Shown: positions 1 through 8,516, counted from the first letter of the stretch. The stretch: DNA of 31,569 bases from Terriglobia bacterium (GCA_050018435.1 JBEKAD010000079.1:1-31569), one strand, 5' to 3'. Notes: generated from the sequence alone by a model not told the origin. Translations and numbers: made by a program.

Positions 1-1
1 C

Positions 2-748
2 CTTCCCCTCAACAGCCGGTGGCTACTGCTTGCTGCCTTCTTGGGAACAGGCAGCCATCTGCTGCTCGATTTCACCAACGCCTATGGCGTCCGCCCCTTC
101 CTGCCCTTCAGTGGACGATGGTACGCGTGGGATATCATGTCTATCCTCGATCCGCTTCTGCTCGCCCTCTTAATCGTCGGCATGGCTGTGTCCTGGCTGC
201 TGCGCCTGATCTCAGAAGAAGTGGGGGCGCGTAAGCCGCGTTTGGTCCCCGGCGCCGTCTTTTGTCTGTGCGCGATGGTGGCGCTCTGGGGAATTCGCGA
301 TTTTGCTCACCGCCGCGCGCTGAGCATCCTTGACAGCCGCATCTACGCCGGCGAGGACCCCCAACGGTTCAGCGCGCTGCCCCTGGCGGTGAATCCATTC
401 ACGTGGACGGGTGTGGTTGAGACCGAAACTTCATTCCACGTTGTTGGCGTGAATGCACTTGATGCCAATGGCTTACCGGAGGAAATGGGGACTTTCGAAA
501 AACCACAACCATCGCCCGCGCTCGCGGCCGCAATGAAGACACGGACGGGAAAAATCTTTCTTAATTTTGCGCGCTTTCCTTGGGCGCAAGTGGATGAAAG
601 TGAACAGGGCTATCTTGTGAGCCTGTGTGATCTGCGGTTTTATCACGCCTCGACGCAGTCTCGAAGTTTCACCCTGGAGGTGGAACTGGACAACAAGCTG
701 GAGACCCGTTCCGAAACCTTCCACTTTGCCGCCCCGCGGCGGGACTGA
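2..748 (+). CDS. Metal-dependent membrane hydrolase, YdjM/LexA-binding-like family (5'-truncated by window edge)
   Basis: Frame is open from base 2 (LPLNSRWLLLAAFLGTGSHLLLD...). It contains the SHxxLD...G.RPFLPFS motif typical of YdjM-like hydrolases, followed by hydrophobic TM segments. Stop TGA at 746-748. Confidence 0.72.
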   Translation, partial: LPLNSRWLLLAAFLGTGSHLLLDFTNAYGVRPFLPFSGRWYAWDIMSILDPLLLALLIVGMAVSWLLRLISEEVGARKPRLVPGAVFCLCAMVALWGIRDFAHRRALSILDSRIYAGEDPQRFSALPLAVNPFTWTGVVETETSFHVVGVNALDANGLPEEMGTFEKPQPSPALAAAMKTRTGKIFLNFARFPWAQVDESEQGYLVSLCDLRFYHASTQSRSFTLEVELDNKLETRSETFHFAAPRRD

Positions 749-750
749 TC

Positions 751-834
751 CGGGACACGGGGCACGGGGCTCGGGTTTCGGGACACGGGATACGGGACAC
801 GGGGCTCGGGTTTCGGGATTCAGGATTCGGGATT
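751..834 (+). repeat. 12 in-phase degenerate heptamers, CGGGNNN
   Basis: CGGGACA CGGGGCA CGGGGCT CGGGTTT CGGGACA CGGGATA CGGGACA CGGGGCT CGGGTTT CGGGATT CAGGATT CGGGATT, read directly from the sequence. Confidence 0.95.
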
Positions 835-898
835 GAGGTCCGACTTGTAGTCCGCCTTCTATCGGACCATAGAACTGCGGAAATTAGAGATTCAGTCG

Positions 899-926
899 AA
901 ACCCGAGTCCCGAGTCCCGAGTCCCG
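899..926 (-). repeat. 4 heptamers CGGGACT/CGGGTTT on the minus strand (mirror of the 751-834 array)
   Basis: Plus strand reads AAACCCG AGTCCCG AGTCCCG AGTCCCG. Confidence 0.9.
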
Positions 927-928
927 TG

Positions 929-1534
929 TCAGTCCCGCTCATTCCGGCTCCACCAGCGTTGGAGCAGCGCCAAGCCGACAATCATAATCACGGCTGCCAG
1001 GGAGGCCCGGCCCAAGTTGTGGCGTAGGTAATCCTCCGCCTGGAGGCCGTAGCGCGCGCCTAGCCAGGCATCGGCGGCAAACCTCAGCCCGCGTCCCACC
1101 AGCAGCGCCAAGCCGAAATGCAGCGCATTGACGCGCAGCAGACCGGCCGTGAGGACAAACACCTTATAGGGCGCTGGCGGAGGCAGTATCGACGCCACCA
1201 GAACGGCCACGAAGTCGTTGCGCTCAAGCCAGCGCCGGGCATGGGCGATAGCATGCGGCGTAGTCGTGCGCCAGAAGAACCTTCCTCCGCTGCACGCGAT
1301 TCCGTAAAGGAGATAAGCGCCGCAAACCGAGCCCAACGTGCTCGCCAGCGCATAGAGAGGCCACCAGGCAGGCCGTTGGCTGGCCATTACAATCAGAGCC
1401 AGATCATTCACGACGGGAAACGGAATCAGCGAGGAGTCCAGAAACGACATCGCGAACAGTCCCCAGCCTCCGTAGAGGACCAGGACGTGGCCGAGTTTTA
1501 CACTCAAGGACTTCAGCATGCTTCTCGCTCGCAT
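929..1534 (-). CDS. YqaA/DedA (VTT / SNARE-associated) family membrane protein
   Basis: Hydrophobic 201-aa ORF with FLDSS.IPFP..D, LASTLGS, PPPAPYKVFVLTAG and GRGLRF motifs typical of YqaA/DedA proteins. The true start may be the ATG at 1519. Confidence 0.8.
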   Translation of the reverse strand: MRARSMLKSLSVKLGHVLVLYGGWGLFAMSFLDSSLIPFPVVNDLALIVMASQRPAWWPLYALASTLGSVCGAYLLYGIACSGGRFFWRTTTPHAIAHARRWLERNDFVAVLVASILPPPAPYKVFVLTAGLLRVNALHFGLALLVGRGLRFAADAWLGARYGLQAEDYLRHNLGRASLAAVIMIVGLALLQRWWSRNERD

Positions 1535-1664
1535 CTATTGTGAAGGCGCTCATTCTATGCGGTCCTGCCGCATTGCGCAATGCGCGGACACCCATGCGCG
1601 AAAACCCATAACGTAGCGCCCGCACTACTTCTCCGATCACGCTACTTCCCCGCCCGTGAACAGT

Positions 1665-1687
1665 CACGGCCAGGATGGCCGTGCTAC
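1665..1687 (-). repeat. Solo GTAG-type REP-like palindrome
   Basis: Minus strand reads GTAG-CACGGCC-ATCCT-GGCCGTG: a GTAG tetranucleotide followed by a perfect 7-bp stem. Confidence 0.65.
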
Positions 1688-1717
1688 GACATCGACATCC
1701 GCGACATCGACATCCGC

Positions 1718-1746
1718 TTGACGGGCGCTCGTCGCCGACTTAGCAT
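1718..1746 (+). promoter_or_regulatory. Sigma-70 promoter candidate for uvrA
   Basis: TTGACG (1718-1723), 17-nt spacer, TAGCAT (1741-1746), ending 48 nt upstream of the uvrA ATG. Confidence 0.6.
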
Positions 1747-1794
1747 GAAAGATTGCCGTTTTGTCGAAATTCCTCACTGTAGGGTTCAGGGCGA

Positions 1795-4602
1795 ATGATC
1801 GACCGGATTACGGTTCGGGGTGCGCGCCAGCACAACCTGAAGAACATCAGCGTCGAGGTTCCGCGCAACACCTTGACGGTGGTCACAGGGCTGAGCGGGT
1901 CGGGCAAATCGAGCCTAGCGTTCGATGTGATTTATGCCGAGGGCCAGCGCCGCTACGTGCAGACGCTCTCTGCCTACGCGCGTCAGTTTCTCGATCAACT
2001 CGAGCGGCCCGACGTGGACACCATCGAGGGCCTCAGCCCGGCGATTTCCATCGAGCAGAAGACCGCCAGCCGCAGCCCGCGCTCCACCGTGGGCACCATC
2101 ACCGAAATCTACGATTACCTCCGGCTGCTTTACTCGTCCATCGGCGTCGCGCACTGCCACCAGTGCGGGCGCCAAATCTCTCGTCAGACCACGGAGCACA
2201 TCGTGGCGTCGATCATGGCTTTGCGCGACGGCGGCGCCGACGGCAACGGCGAAGGTGAACGCGTGATGATCCTGGCGCCCATTGTGCGCGGGCGCAAGGG
2301 AGAGTTCCGCAAGCTCTTCGAGCAACTCGCGGCGGAAGGCTTCGTGCGCGTGCGCGTCGACAAGCAACTGCATCAACTGGATGAGGAGATCAGGCTTGAC
2401 CGGCGCAAGAATCACACCATCGAAGCCGTTGTCGACCGCCTGCTGTTGAAGGCGGGAATCGAGAGCCGCCTGGCATCTTCCCTTGAGACCGCCATGAAGC
2501 TCGCCAAAGGAATCGTGGAAGTGGCGATTGTGAATGGTGAGGAGCACCTTTATTCACAGGAATGGGCGTGTGTTGATTGCGGCATGAGTATTCCCGCCCT
2601 CGAGCCGCGCTCGTTCTCCTTCAACAGCGTCTACGGCGCGTGTCCGGCGTGTCGCGGTCTCGGCAGCCAGTACACGTTTGACCCTGCGAAAGTTATCGTG
2701 GATTGGTCGCGGCCGCTGCTGGAGGGCGGACTTGGCCCCGGGGCGGGCTCGGGCTTCCTCCAGCGCAGCTTGATGCGCGCCGCGGAGCAGATCGGCTTCG
2801 ACCTGAAGACCCCCTTTGAGCGCCTGCCGCGCAAAATCCAGAACCTTCTGCTTTACGGAAAAATCGCGGAGGGCGCGCCCGCGTCAACGGTGTTTTCCGG
2901 CATCCTGCCGCTGCTCGATCGCTGGTACGGCGAAGCGAGCTCGGAAAGTTACCGCGAGTGGTACAGCCAGTACATGTCGGCCGTGCCGTGCCCCCAATGC
3001 CAGGGCAAGCGCCTGAAGCCGGAAAGCCTGGCCGTGACGGTGATGAACCTTTCCATTGCCGACCTCACCGCGCTGCCGGTGATCAAGACACAAGAGGCGC
3101 TGACAGGGGTAAAGCTCACACCGCGCGAAGAACTGGTGGCGCGGCGCATTGTGAACGAAATCAGCGAACGCTTGGAATTTCTCAACGCCGTGGGGCTTGG
3201 CTATTTGAGCCTCGACCGGGCGGCGTCCTCCCTTTCCAGCGGCGAAAGCCAGCGCATCCGGCTCGCCACTCAGATCGGCTCGAAACTGCGTGGCGTACTC
3301 TACGTGCTCGATGAGCCCAGCGTCGGGCTGCACCCGCGCGACAATCAGCGGCTGCTGCACACGCTCGAACAGTTGCGCGACATGTCGAACACGGTGCTGG
3401 TGGTCGAGCATGATGAGGAAACCATTCGCCGCGCCAATTACGTGATTGATCTCGGTCCCGGCGCGGGCAAACAGGGCGGGTATTTGGTGGCGGCGGGGCC
3501 GCCCGGTGAGATCGCGGCCGCAGAGAATTCATTGACCGGGAAGTACCTCTCAGGCAAGCTGTACATCCCGGTGCCGGCCAAACGGCGGGCGGCCAACGGA
3601 AAACTTCTCACGGTGCTGGGGGCACGGGCCAACAATCTGAAGAACATTGACGTGCCGTTTCCGTTGGGGCTGCTGACCGTCGTGACGGGCGTGTCGGGCT
3701 CGGGAAAATCAACGCTGGTCAACGATATCCTTCATCGCGCGATCGCCAAGAAGCTCTACCGCGCCATCGAAGAACCGGGTGCGCACCGCGCCATCACCGG
3801 ACTGGAGCACCTCGACAAGGTCATCGTCATCGATCAGTCACCCATCGGACGGACACCGCGCTCAAATCCCGCCACCTACACCGGCCTCTTCACCCCCATT
3901 CGCGACCTGTTCGCTATGCTGCCGGAATCGCGCGAACGCGGCTATCGCGCTGGGCGCTTCAGTTTCAACGTGAAAGGCGGGCGCTGCGAAGCGTGCCAGG
4001 GAGAGGGGCTGCGGCGCATCGAGATGAACTTCCTCCCTGACGTTTTCGTGACCTGCGAAGTGTGCCGCGGGCGGCGCTATAACTCCGAGACGCTGGCGGT
4101 GAAATACAAGGGCGTTTCCATTGCCGACCTGCTTGACATGACGGCGAAAGAGGCGCTGCCGCTGCTCGAAAACATTCCGCAAATTCGCCTGAAGCTGCAA
4201 ACGCTGGTGGACGTGGGCCTGGGATACATTCATCTGGGCCAGCCCGCCACCACCCTCTCCGGTGGCGAGGCGCAGCGCATCAAACTGGGCCGCGAACTCA
4301 GCCGCCGCCAGACGGGCCGCACGCTCTACATCCTGGACGAACCCACCACCGGCCTGCACTTCGACGACGTCAAGCAGCTTTTGGAAGTGCTCAATCGTCT
4401 GACCGACCTCGGCAACACCGTCATTATCATCGAGCATCATCTCGACGTCGTGAAACAAGCCGATTGGGTCATCGATCTGGGCCCGGAAGGCGGCGAGAGC
4501 GGCGGGCGCATCGTGGCGCAAGGTACCCCGGAAGAAGTAGCGCGCGCGAAGAAATCTTACACCGGCCAGGCGCTGGCGCCGCTGCTGAATGGCGCGCCAT
4601 AA
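1795..4602 (+). CDS. uvrA: Excinuclease ABC subunit A
   Basis: 935 aa with two Walker A motifs ([18 protein letters not shown]), CxxC zinc fingers, [12 protein letters not shown] and [11 protein letters not shown] signatures, and LDEP Walker B motifs. Confidence 0.99.
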   Translation: MIDRITVRGARQHNLKNISVEVPRNTLTVVTGLSGSGKSSLAFDVIYAEGQRRYVQTLSAYARQFLDQLERPDVDTIEGLSPAISIEQKTASRSPRSTVGTITEIYDYLRLLYSSIGVAHCHQCGRQISRQTTEHIVASIMALRDGGADGNGEGERVMILAPIVRGRKGEFRKLFEQLAAEGFVRVRVDKQLHQLDEEIRLDRRKNHTIEAVVDRLLLKAGIESRLASSLETAMKLAKGIVEVAIVNGEEHLYSQEWACVDCGMSIPALEPRSFSFNSVYGACPACRGLGSQYTFDPAKVIVDWSRPLLEGGLGPGAGSGFLQRSLMRAAEQIGFDLKTPFERLPRKIQNLLLYGKIAEGAPASTVFSGILPLLDRWYGEASSESYREWYSQYMSAVPCPQCQGKRLKPESLAVTVMNLSIADLTALPVIKTQEALTGVKLTPREELVARRIVNEISERLEFLNAVGLGYLSLDRAASSLSSGESQRIRLATQIGSKLRGVLYVLDEPSVGLHPRDNQRLLHTLEQLRDMSNTVLVVEHDEETIRRANYVIDLGPGAGKQGGYLVAAGPPGEIAAAENSLTGKYLSGKLYIPVPAKRRAANGKLLTVLGARANNLKNIDVPFPLGLLTVVTGVSGSGKSTLVNDILHRAIAKKLYRAIEEPGAHRAITGLEHLDKVIVIDQSPIGRTPRSNPATYTGLFTPIRDLFAMLPESRERGYRAGRFSFNVKGGRCEACQGEGLRRIEMNFLPDVFVTCEVCRGRRYNSETLAVKYKGVSIADLLDMTAKEALPLLENIPQIRLKLQTLVDVGLGYIHLGQPATTLSGGEAQRIKLGRELSRRQTGRTLYILDEPTTGLHFDDVKQLLEVLNRLTDLGNTVIIIEHHLDVVKQADWVIDLGPEGGESGGRIVAQGTPEEVARAKKSYTGQALAPLLNGAP

Positions 4603-4662
4603 AGAGATCTGCGACGAGAAGAACCCGGCCGGTGCGTCGTAACTACTCGCAGGAGTAGCCTC

Positions 4663-5019
4663 ATGAGCCTCGATAGCATGGGCGACATAATCGCTGAGAG
4701 AGCACTGACCTTGTTAGAAGATAACGGCAACTCAAGGCAGGTGTTCGTTCGATTGGGAAAACCACAATCATCTCCCCAAGGCGACGAATACCACTGCCCA
4801 ATTCAAATTGTTGGCATTGGAGGTGAGAAGATCCGTCAAATCTTTGGGATTGATGCGTTCCAAGCCCTCCAACTTACGCTGAGGTATATTTCCTTCAGTC
4901 TTCACCATTATCGGAAGGAGTCAAACCTCATACTCTATGCCTGGGAGCAAGGAGACGACATGGGTTTCCCTGAGTACCCGCAGGATGAGTCATTATCATC
5001 CGACCCGCCGGTGGATTGA
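4663..5019 (+). CDS. Small hypothetical protein, DUF6968-like
   Basis: 118 aa. The IAERAL...VFVRLGKPQ...CPIQIVG...FGIDAFQALQL pattern resembles DUF6968 proteins (from recollection). AGGAG SD at 4651-4655. Confidence 0.6.
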   Translation: MSLDSMGDIIAERALTLLEDNGNSRQVFVRLGKPQSSPQGDEYHCPIQIVGIGGEKIRQIFGIDAFQALQLTLRYISFSLHHYRKESNLILYAWEQGDDMGFPEYPQDESLSSDPPVD

Positions 5020-5059
5020 CACTTGCTCTGGAACTAGCGTATGCTTCCATTATGGATGC
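5016..5059 (+). promoter_or_regulatory. Sigma-70 promoter of the TA operon with an overlapping imperfect palindrome (candidate autorepression operator)
   Basis: TTGACA (5016-5021), 18-nt spacer, TATGCT (5040-5045). GCTTCCA-TTA-TGGATGC (5043-5059) is a one-mismatch inverted repeat overlapping the -10/+1 region. Confidence 0.6.
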
Positions 5060-5083
5060 GTTTTGGAAGAGCGAGGGTTGAGC

Positions 5084-5326
5084 ATGGCAACACTAACCAT
5101 CAAGAACGTTCCCGAAGAATTGCACAAGCGTCTCAAGGAGAGTGCCGCACAACACCGGCGCAGCATCAACAGCGAGGCCATAACTTGCCTGGAAAGTGTG
5201 CTGGTGGGTGAGCGCGTGGATCCTCGTGAATTTCTGGCGCGCGTCGATGCGCGACGCAAGCGGATGCCGCGAGTATATTTCACGGAGGAATTCTTGCGAG
5301 ACGCCAAGAATGAAGGGCGCCTGTGA
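5084..5326 (+). CDS. FitA/Arc-like ribbon-helix-helix antitoxin (VapB role)
   Basis: MATLTIKNVPEELHKRLKESAAQHRRSINSEA is a typical FitA-like RHH N-terminus. GAGG SD lies before ATG 5084, and the stop overlaps the toxin start by 4 bp (GTGA). Confidence 0.88.
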   Translation: MATLTIKNVPEELHKRLKESAAQHRRSINSEAITCLESVLVGERVDPREFLARVDARRKRMPRVYFTEEFLRDAKNEGRL

Positions 5327-5724
5327 TCGTTGCTGACACGAACCTCATCGCGTACCTGCTGGTTGACGGGCCCTTTACTAAGGAAGCGCAGGCTGTTTAT
5401 GAGAAGGATCCCGACTGGGTCGCTCCTTCGTTTTGGCGGTCCGAATTTCGGAACGTGCTGGTGCTGTCGTTACGCTGCGGTGTTATGAGCTTCACGGAAG
5501 CCCTGGAGGTCATGGAGGATGCCGACCTATTGATGGGACGGAAGAACCGCGACAGTGCCTCCTATCGCATCCTTCGGCTGGCTGCGGACTCGGGTTGCGC
5601 GGCTTACGATTGCGAGTTTGTGGCCTTGGCGCTCGACTTGGGCGTTCCCCTCGTCACGGAGGACCGCGCCCTGATCGAGAAGTTTAAGCCCGCTGTTGCC
5701 TCCATGAAAACATTCTGCTCTTGA
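5323..5724 (+). CDS. vapC: PIN-domain toxin (VapC family)
   Basis: MIVADTNLIAY...SEFRNV...AYDCEFVALA...LVTED carries the conserved acidic PIN residues. It is translationally coupled to the upstream antitoxin. Confidence 0.92.
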   Translation: MIVADTNLIAYLLVDGPFTKEAQAVYEKDPDWVAPSFWRSEFRNVLVLSLRCGVMSFTEALEVMEDADLLMGRKNRDSASYRILRLAADSGCAAYDCEFVALALDLGVPLVTEDRALIEKFKPAVASMKTFCS

Positions 5725-5735
5725 GGCTGAATCTT

Positions 5736-5784
5736 GTAGGGCCGAACGGCGTTCGGCCCTCGGGCGAGCGCCGCTCGCCCCCAC
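5736..5784. repeat. Tail-to-tail pair of GTAG-type REP-like hairpins
   Basis: GTAGGGCCGAAC-GGC-GTTCGGCCC on plus and GTGGGGGCGAGC-GGC-GCTCGCCC on minus. The stems differ by compensatory changes. Confidence 0.75.
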
Positions 5785-5795
5785 CTAACGTGAAT

Positions 5796-6629
5796 ATGCC
5801 GAGCGATCCTGAGAACCTCTCCACAGAAGCGGGCGGCTCGCCGCAGGGGCTTTCGCCCCAGCCTCCGGCGCCGCCGCTGGCGCCGCGGGAGATCTGGAAG
5901 CTGCGTGACCTGCTCTTATTCGTGGTCTTCCTCCCCTTCGCTCTGCTGGCGTCGACGCTGGTCGTGCTGGTGGGTTACGTGGTGCTGCGGCCCTTCGCAG
6001 GATGGCATGTGCCGGTGGATTTGGCGCAGAGAAATCCCCTTTTCCTACTGATCCTCCAGTGCGTTTTCTACATGCTTATTTTGGGTTTCCTTTTTCTGTT
6101 GGCCAAGCTCCAGCATCAGCAACCTCTCTGGAAATCTTTGGGATGGCAGAAGCCCACGGCAAGGCAGGTGGCGGGATATCTGCTGGGTGGAGGCGGGCTC
6201 GCCGTAGGCGTCAGCTTGGCGCTCGCGATGCGGCCAGATACGCAAGAATTCCCCCTGGAGAAGTTGTTCAATTCCCGGACCGCCTCGTACGCTATTGGCG
6301 CGTTCGCCATCGCCGTCGCGCCGGTGGTTGAGGAGCTGGTTTTTCGCGGCCTGCTGTTTGCCGTTTTTGAGCGTGCGGCGGGAATGCGCTTTGCGGTAGT
6401 GACCACCGCCGTCCTCTTTGCCGGCCTGCACGTTCAGGAATATTGGCCTGCCTGGCACCACATGCTCACGATCCTGGTGGTGGGCATGGTGTTTTCGCTG
6501 GCGCGCGGCATGACCGGAAGCCTTACCCCCAGCATCATTCTTCATATCGGATTCAACTCCTTCATCATGACCGGCCTGTATTTCTCCACCCAGCACTTTC
6601 GCGCGGTGGAGGGATTTTGGGTGAAGTAA
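5796..6629 (+). CDS. CPBP family intramembrane glutamic endopeptidase (CAAX-type / Abi)
   Basis: EELVFRG, FAGLH and ILHIGFN motifs within multiple TM helices. The start is likely ATG 5796 or GTG 5790; the longer ORF-track start reads through the REP pair. Confidence 0.9.
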   Translation: MPSDPENLSTEAGGSPQGLSPQPPAPPLAPREIWKLRDLLLFVVFLPFALLASTLVVLVGYVVLRPFAGWHVPVDLAQRNPLFLLILQCVFYMLILGFLFLLAKLQHQQPLWKSLGWQKPTARQVAGYLLGGGGLAVGVSLALAMRPDTQEFPLEKLFNSRTASYAIGAFAIAVAPVVEELVFRGLLFAVFERAAGMRFAVVTTAVLFAGLHVQEYWPAWHHMLTILVVGMVFSLARGMTGSLTPSIILHIGFNSFIMTGLYFSTQHFRAVEGFWVK

Positions 6630-6669
6630 GCCCCCAGCCCGAATTTCTCCGACGCCTCAGGATTCATTT

Positions 6670-7377
6670 CTAATTTGCCGGGTCCAGATCCCCATGCAGT
6701 GTGATTCTGCCGGTGACGAGCACCATCTTCCTCTGCCACGGTTTGTACCCGGCTTTGGTCAAAGTGATGGTGTGGGGGCCCAAATTGAGCCGGAGAATCG
6801 ATGGGGTTGTTCCCATGAGCTCGCCATCGACATCAATCTCGGCGCCGTGCGGTTTGGAAGTGATCGAAAGGTTCGAGGCGATGGCGTGTTGCGGAGGGGC
6901 CGGCGCGGCGCTGACGGTTTCCTTCCCTGCTTGCCGGGCCTGATAGTCGGCCTGCGACATCTGAATTAATCCTTGCGGGGTGCGGACATAGACGCCTTCC
7001 AGTATGTCGGTTTGCAGATCAATGGTCTCATTCTTCCCGCCTTTGTCCAGATTCGGGACCAGCAGCTCCATCTCGTGCTGCGGTTGCTTCCACTTGGCAA
7101 GATAAGTCTCTTTGCCGAAGTTCACGAGAACGCGCATGGTGCTGTCGTACTGGAAATAAAAGGCGTGTATTGTAGGACCATCGGCAACATTGCCACGGCC
7201 ATCCACCCGGTAGCGGAAATATGGGAAGCCACCCGTGAAGAAGGGTTGGTACGAACTGACGTTATCAGACAGGATTGCCACCCTCAGCTTGTAGTCAGAC
7301 GGGTCCTTCGCGGCGAAGGCGAAAGCCGGAAACAGCAGAAGGATCAGAATCAGGGGTTCCAGTTTTGCCCATCTCAT
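6670..7377 (-). CDS. Secreted PEGA-domain protein (paralog 1)
   Basis: Signal peptide ending AFAFA. C-terminal LSITSKPHGAEIDVDGELMGTTP...GPHTITLTKAGYKPW is a PEGA domain. Confidence 0.85.
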   Translation of the reverse strand: MRWAKLEPLILILLLFPAFAFAAKDPSDYKLRVAILSDNVSSYQPFFTGGFPYFRYRVDGRGNVADGPTIHAFYFQYDSTMRVLVNFGKETYLAKWKQPQHEMELLVPNLDKGGKNETIDLQTDILEGVYVRTPQGLIQMSQADYQARQAGKETVSAAPAPPQHAIASNLSITSKPHGAEIDVDGELMGTTPSILRLNLGPHTITLTKAGYKPWQRKMVLVTGRITLHGDLDPAN

Positions 7378-7460
7378 CGCGCATCCCCCCCCGGAGCGAT
7401 GTCCGGTACTTTTATTTCATCGCTGTTGTCCTCGAGCCGTACTCGCTTCATGCTCCCGGA

Positions 7461-8177
7461 TCATTGCGGATTTTCCCGTTCCAGTTTCCCATTCAGGTTG
7501 ATTTTGCCGGTGACAAGCACCATCTTTCTCTGCCATGGCTTGTACCCGGCTTTTTTCAAAGTGATGGTGTGTTCGCCGACGCTGAGCAGGAGGGCAGATG
7601 GGGTCGTGCCCATGAGTTCGCCATCGACACCAATCTCTGCGTTGTCGGGGTCCGATGTAACGGAAAGGTCCGCCACATTCGCGGATTGCTTCCTAACCTG
7701 GGAACCTTCACTCTGGGCCGGCTGGGCCCGATAGGCGTCTTGTGAAATTTCAATTAGTCCATGCCCGGTGGTGACATAAACGCCTTCCAGCAGGTAGGTT
7801 TGCAGATCACGCGTCTCATACCGTCCCTTCTTGCCGATGGGGATTAGCAGTTCGAGCTTACGCTGCGGTTTCTTCCACTTGGCAAGATAGGTCTCTCTGT
7901 CAAATATCCGGTGTTTCAGCATATTAGGGCTGTACAATTCGTCGTCGTATTGGAAATCAAAGGCGTGCTTTGTGAGACCGTCGGTAATATTGCCACGGCC
8001 ATCCAACATGTACCGGCCATTGTCGTACTCACTGTGGACGACGGGATAATACGAGTGCGCGCTATATGAGAGGATCTCCACCCTGAGCGTGTAGTCAGAT
8101 GTGTCCTTCGCGGCAAAGGCGAAAGCCGGAAGCAGCAGGAACGTGAAAATTACGAGTTTCAGGTCCCCCAATTTCAT
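7461..8177 (-). CDS. Secreted PEGA-domain protein (paralog 2)
   Basis: Same architecture as 6670-7377 (AFAFAAKD..DY.LRV.ILS; VTSDPDNAEIGVDGELMGTTP...GEHTITLKKAGYKPW). ATG 8177 has an AAGAGG SD, so it is preferred over TTG 8195. Confidence 0.85.
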   Translation of the reverse strand: MKLGDLKLVIFTFLLLPAFAFAAKDTSDYTLRVEILSYSAHSYYPVVHSEYDNGRYMLDGRGNITDGLTKHAFDFQYDDELYSPNMLKHRIFDRETYLAKWKKPQRKLELLIPIGKKGRYETRDLQTYLLEGVYVTTGHGLIEISQDAYRAQPAQSEGSQVRKQSANVADLSVTSDPDNAEIGVDGELMGTTPSALLLSVGEHTITLKKAGYKPWQRKMVLVTGKINLNGKLERENPQ

Positions 8178-8363
8178 CGGAACCCTCTTTATCAATTGAT
8201 GCTTAAGTTCCGAATATCGTTTATAGGCGCTGGACCGGAATTTCCATTATCGAGCCCGATCTGACAGATAAGATACACCTGAGCGCTGGCGAACGCAACA
8301 ATGAGTCGGGTCTGCAGTGAACGGTGCTCTCGCGGGCCCCGGAAGGTCCCAGGCGAACTGAGG

Positions 8364-8511
8364 CAAATTTCGGAGTGCGGGAGCTGGCTCCCGCTTTTTT
8401 TACCGCTGACTCGTCAGCGGTGGGGTTGGCCACGCCACGTCGTGGCGCCAGAAGGCCGCGACCAGTCGCGGCAACCAAAAGCGGCGACGAGTCGCCGCAC
8501 TCCGAAATTTG
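8364..8511. repeat. 148-bp multi-hairpin REP/MITE-like element with 17-bp perfect terminal inverted repeats
   Basis: CAAATTTCGGAGTGCGG (8364-8380) pairs with CCGCACTCCGAAATTTG (8495-8511). Five hairpins lie at 8377-8394, 8402-8421, 8429-8446, 8455-8472 and 8481-8498. Confidence 0.85.
8477..8498 (-). terminator. Possible intrinsic terminator of the kinase/regulator operon (hairpin belongs to the repeat element)
   Basis: 8-bp GC stem followed by TTTT on the minus strand, 18 nt after the regulator stop. The mirror hairpin at 8377-8394 is followed by T7 on plus. Confidence 0.4.
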
Positions 8512-8516
8512 GGTTC

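Noticed and set aside
1535-1794. LexA/SOS box upstream of uvrA
   Set aside because: No GTTC-N7-GTTC, CTGT-N8-ACAG or GAAC-N4-GTTC match was seen by eye; only isolated GAAC and GTTC half-sites.
4937-5083. N-terminal extension of the antitoxin given by the ORF track
   Set aside because: It overlaps the upstream gene and the TA promoter. ATG 5084 has an SD and gives the canonical RHH start.
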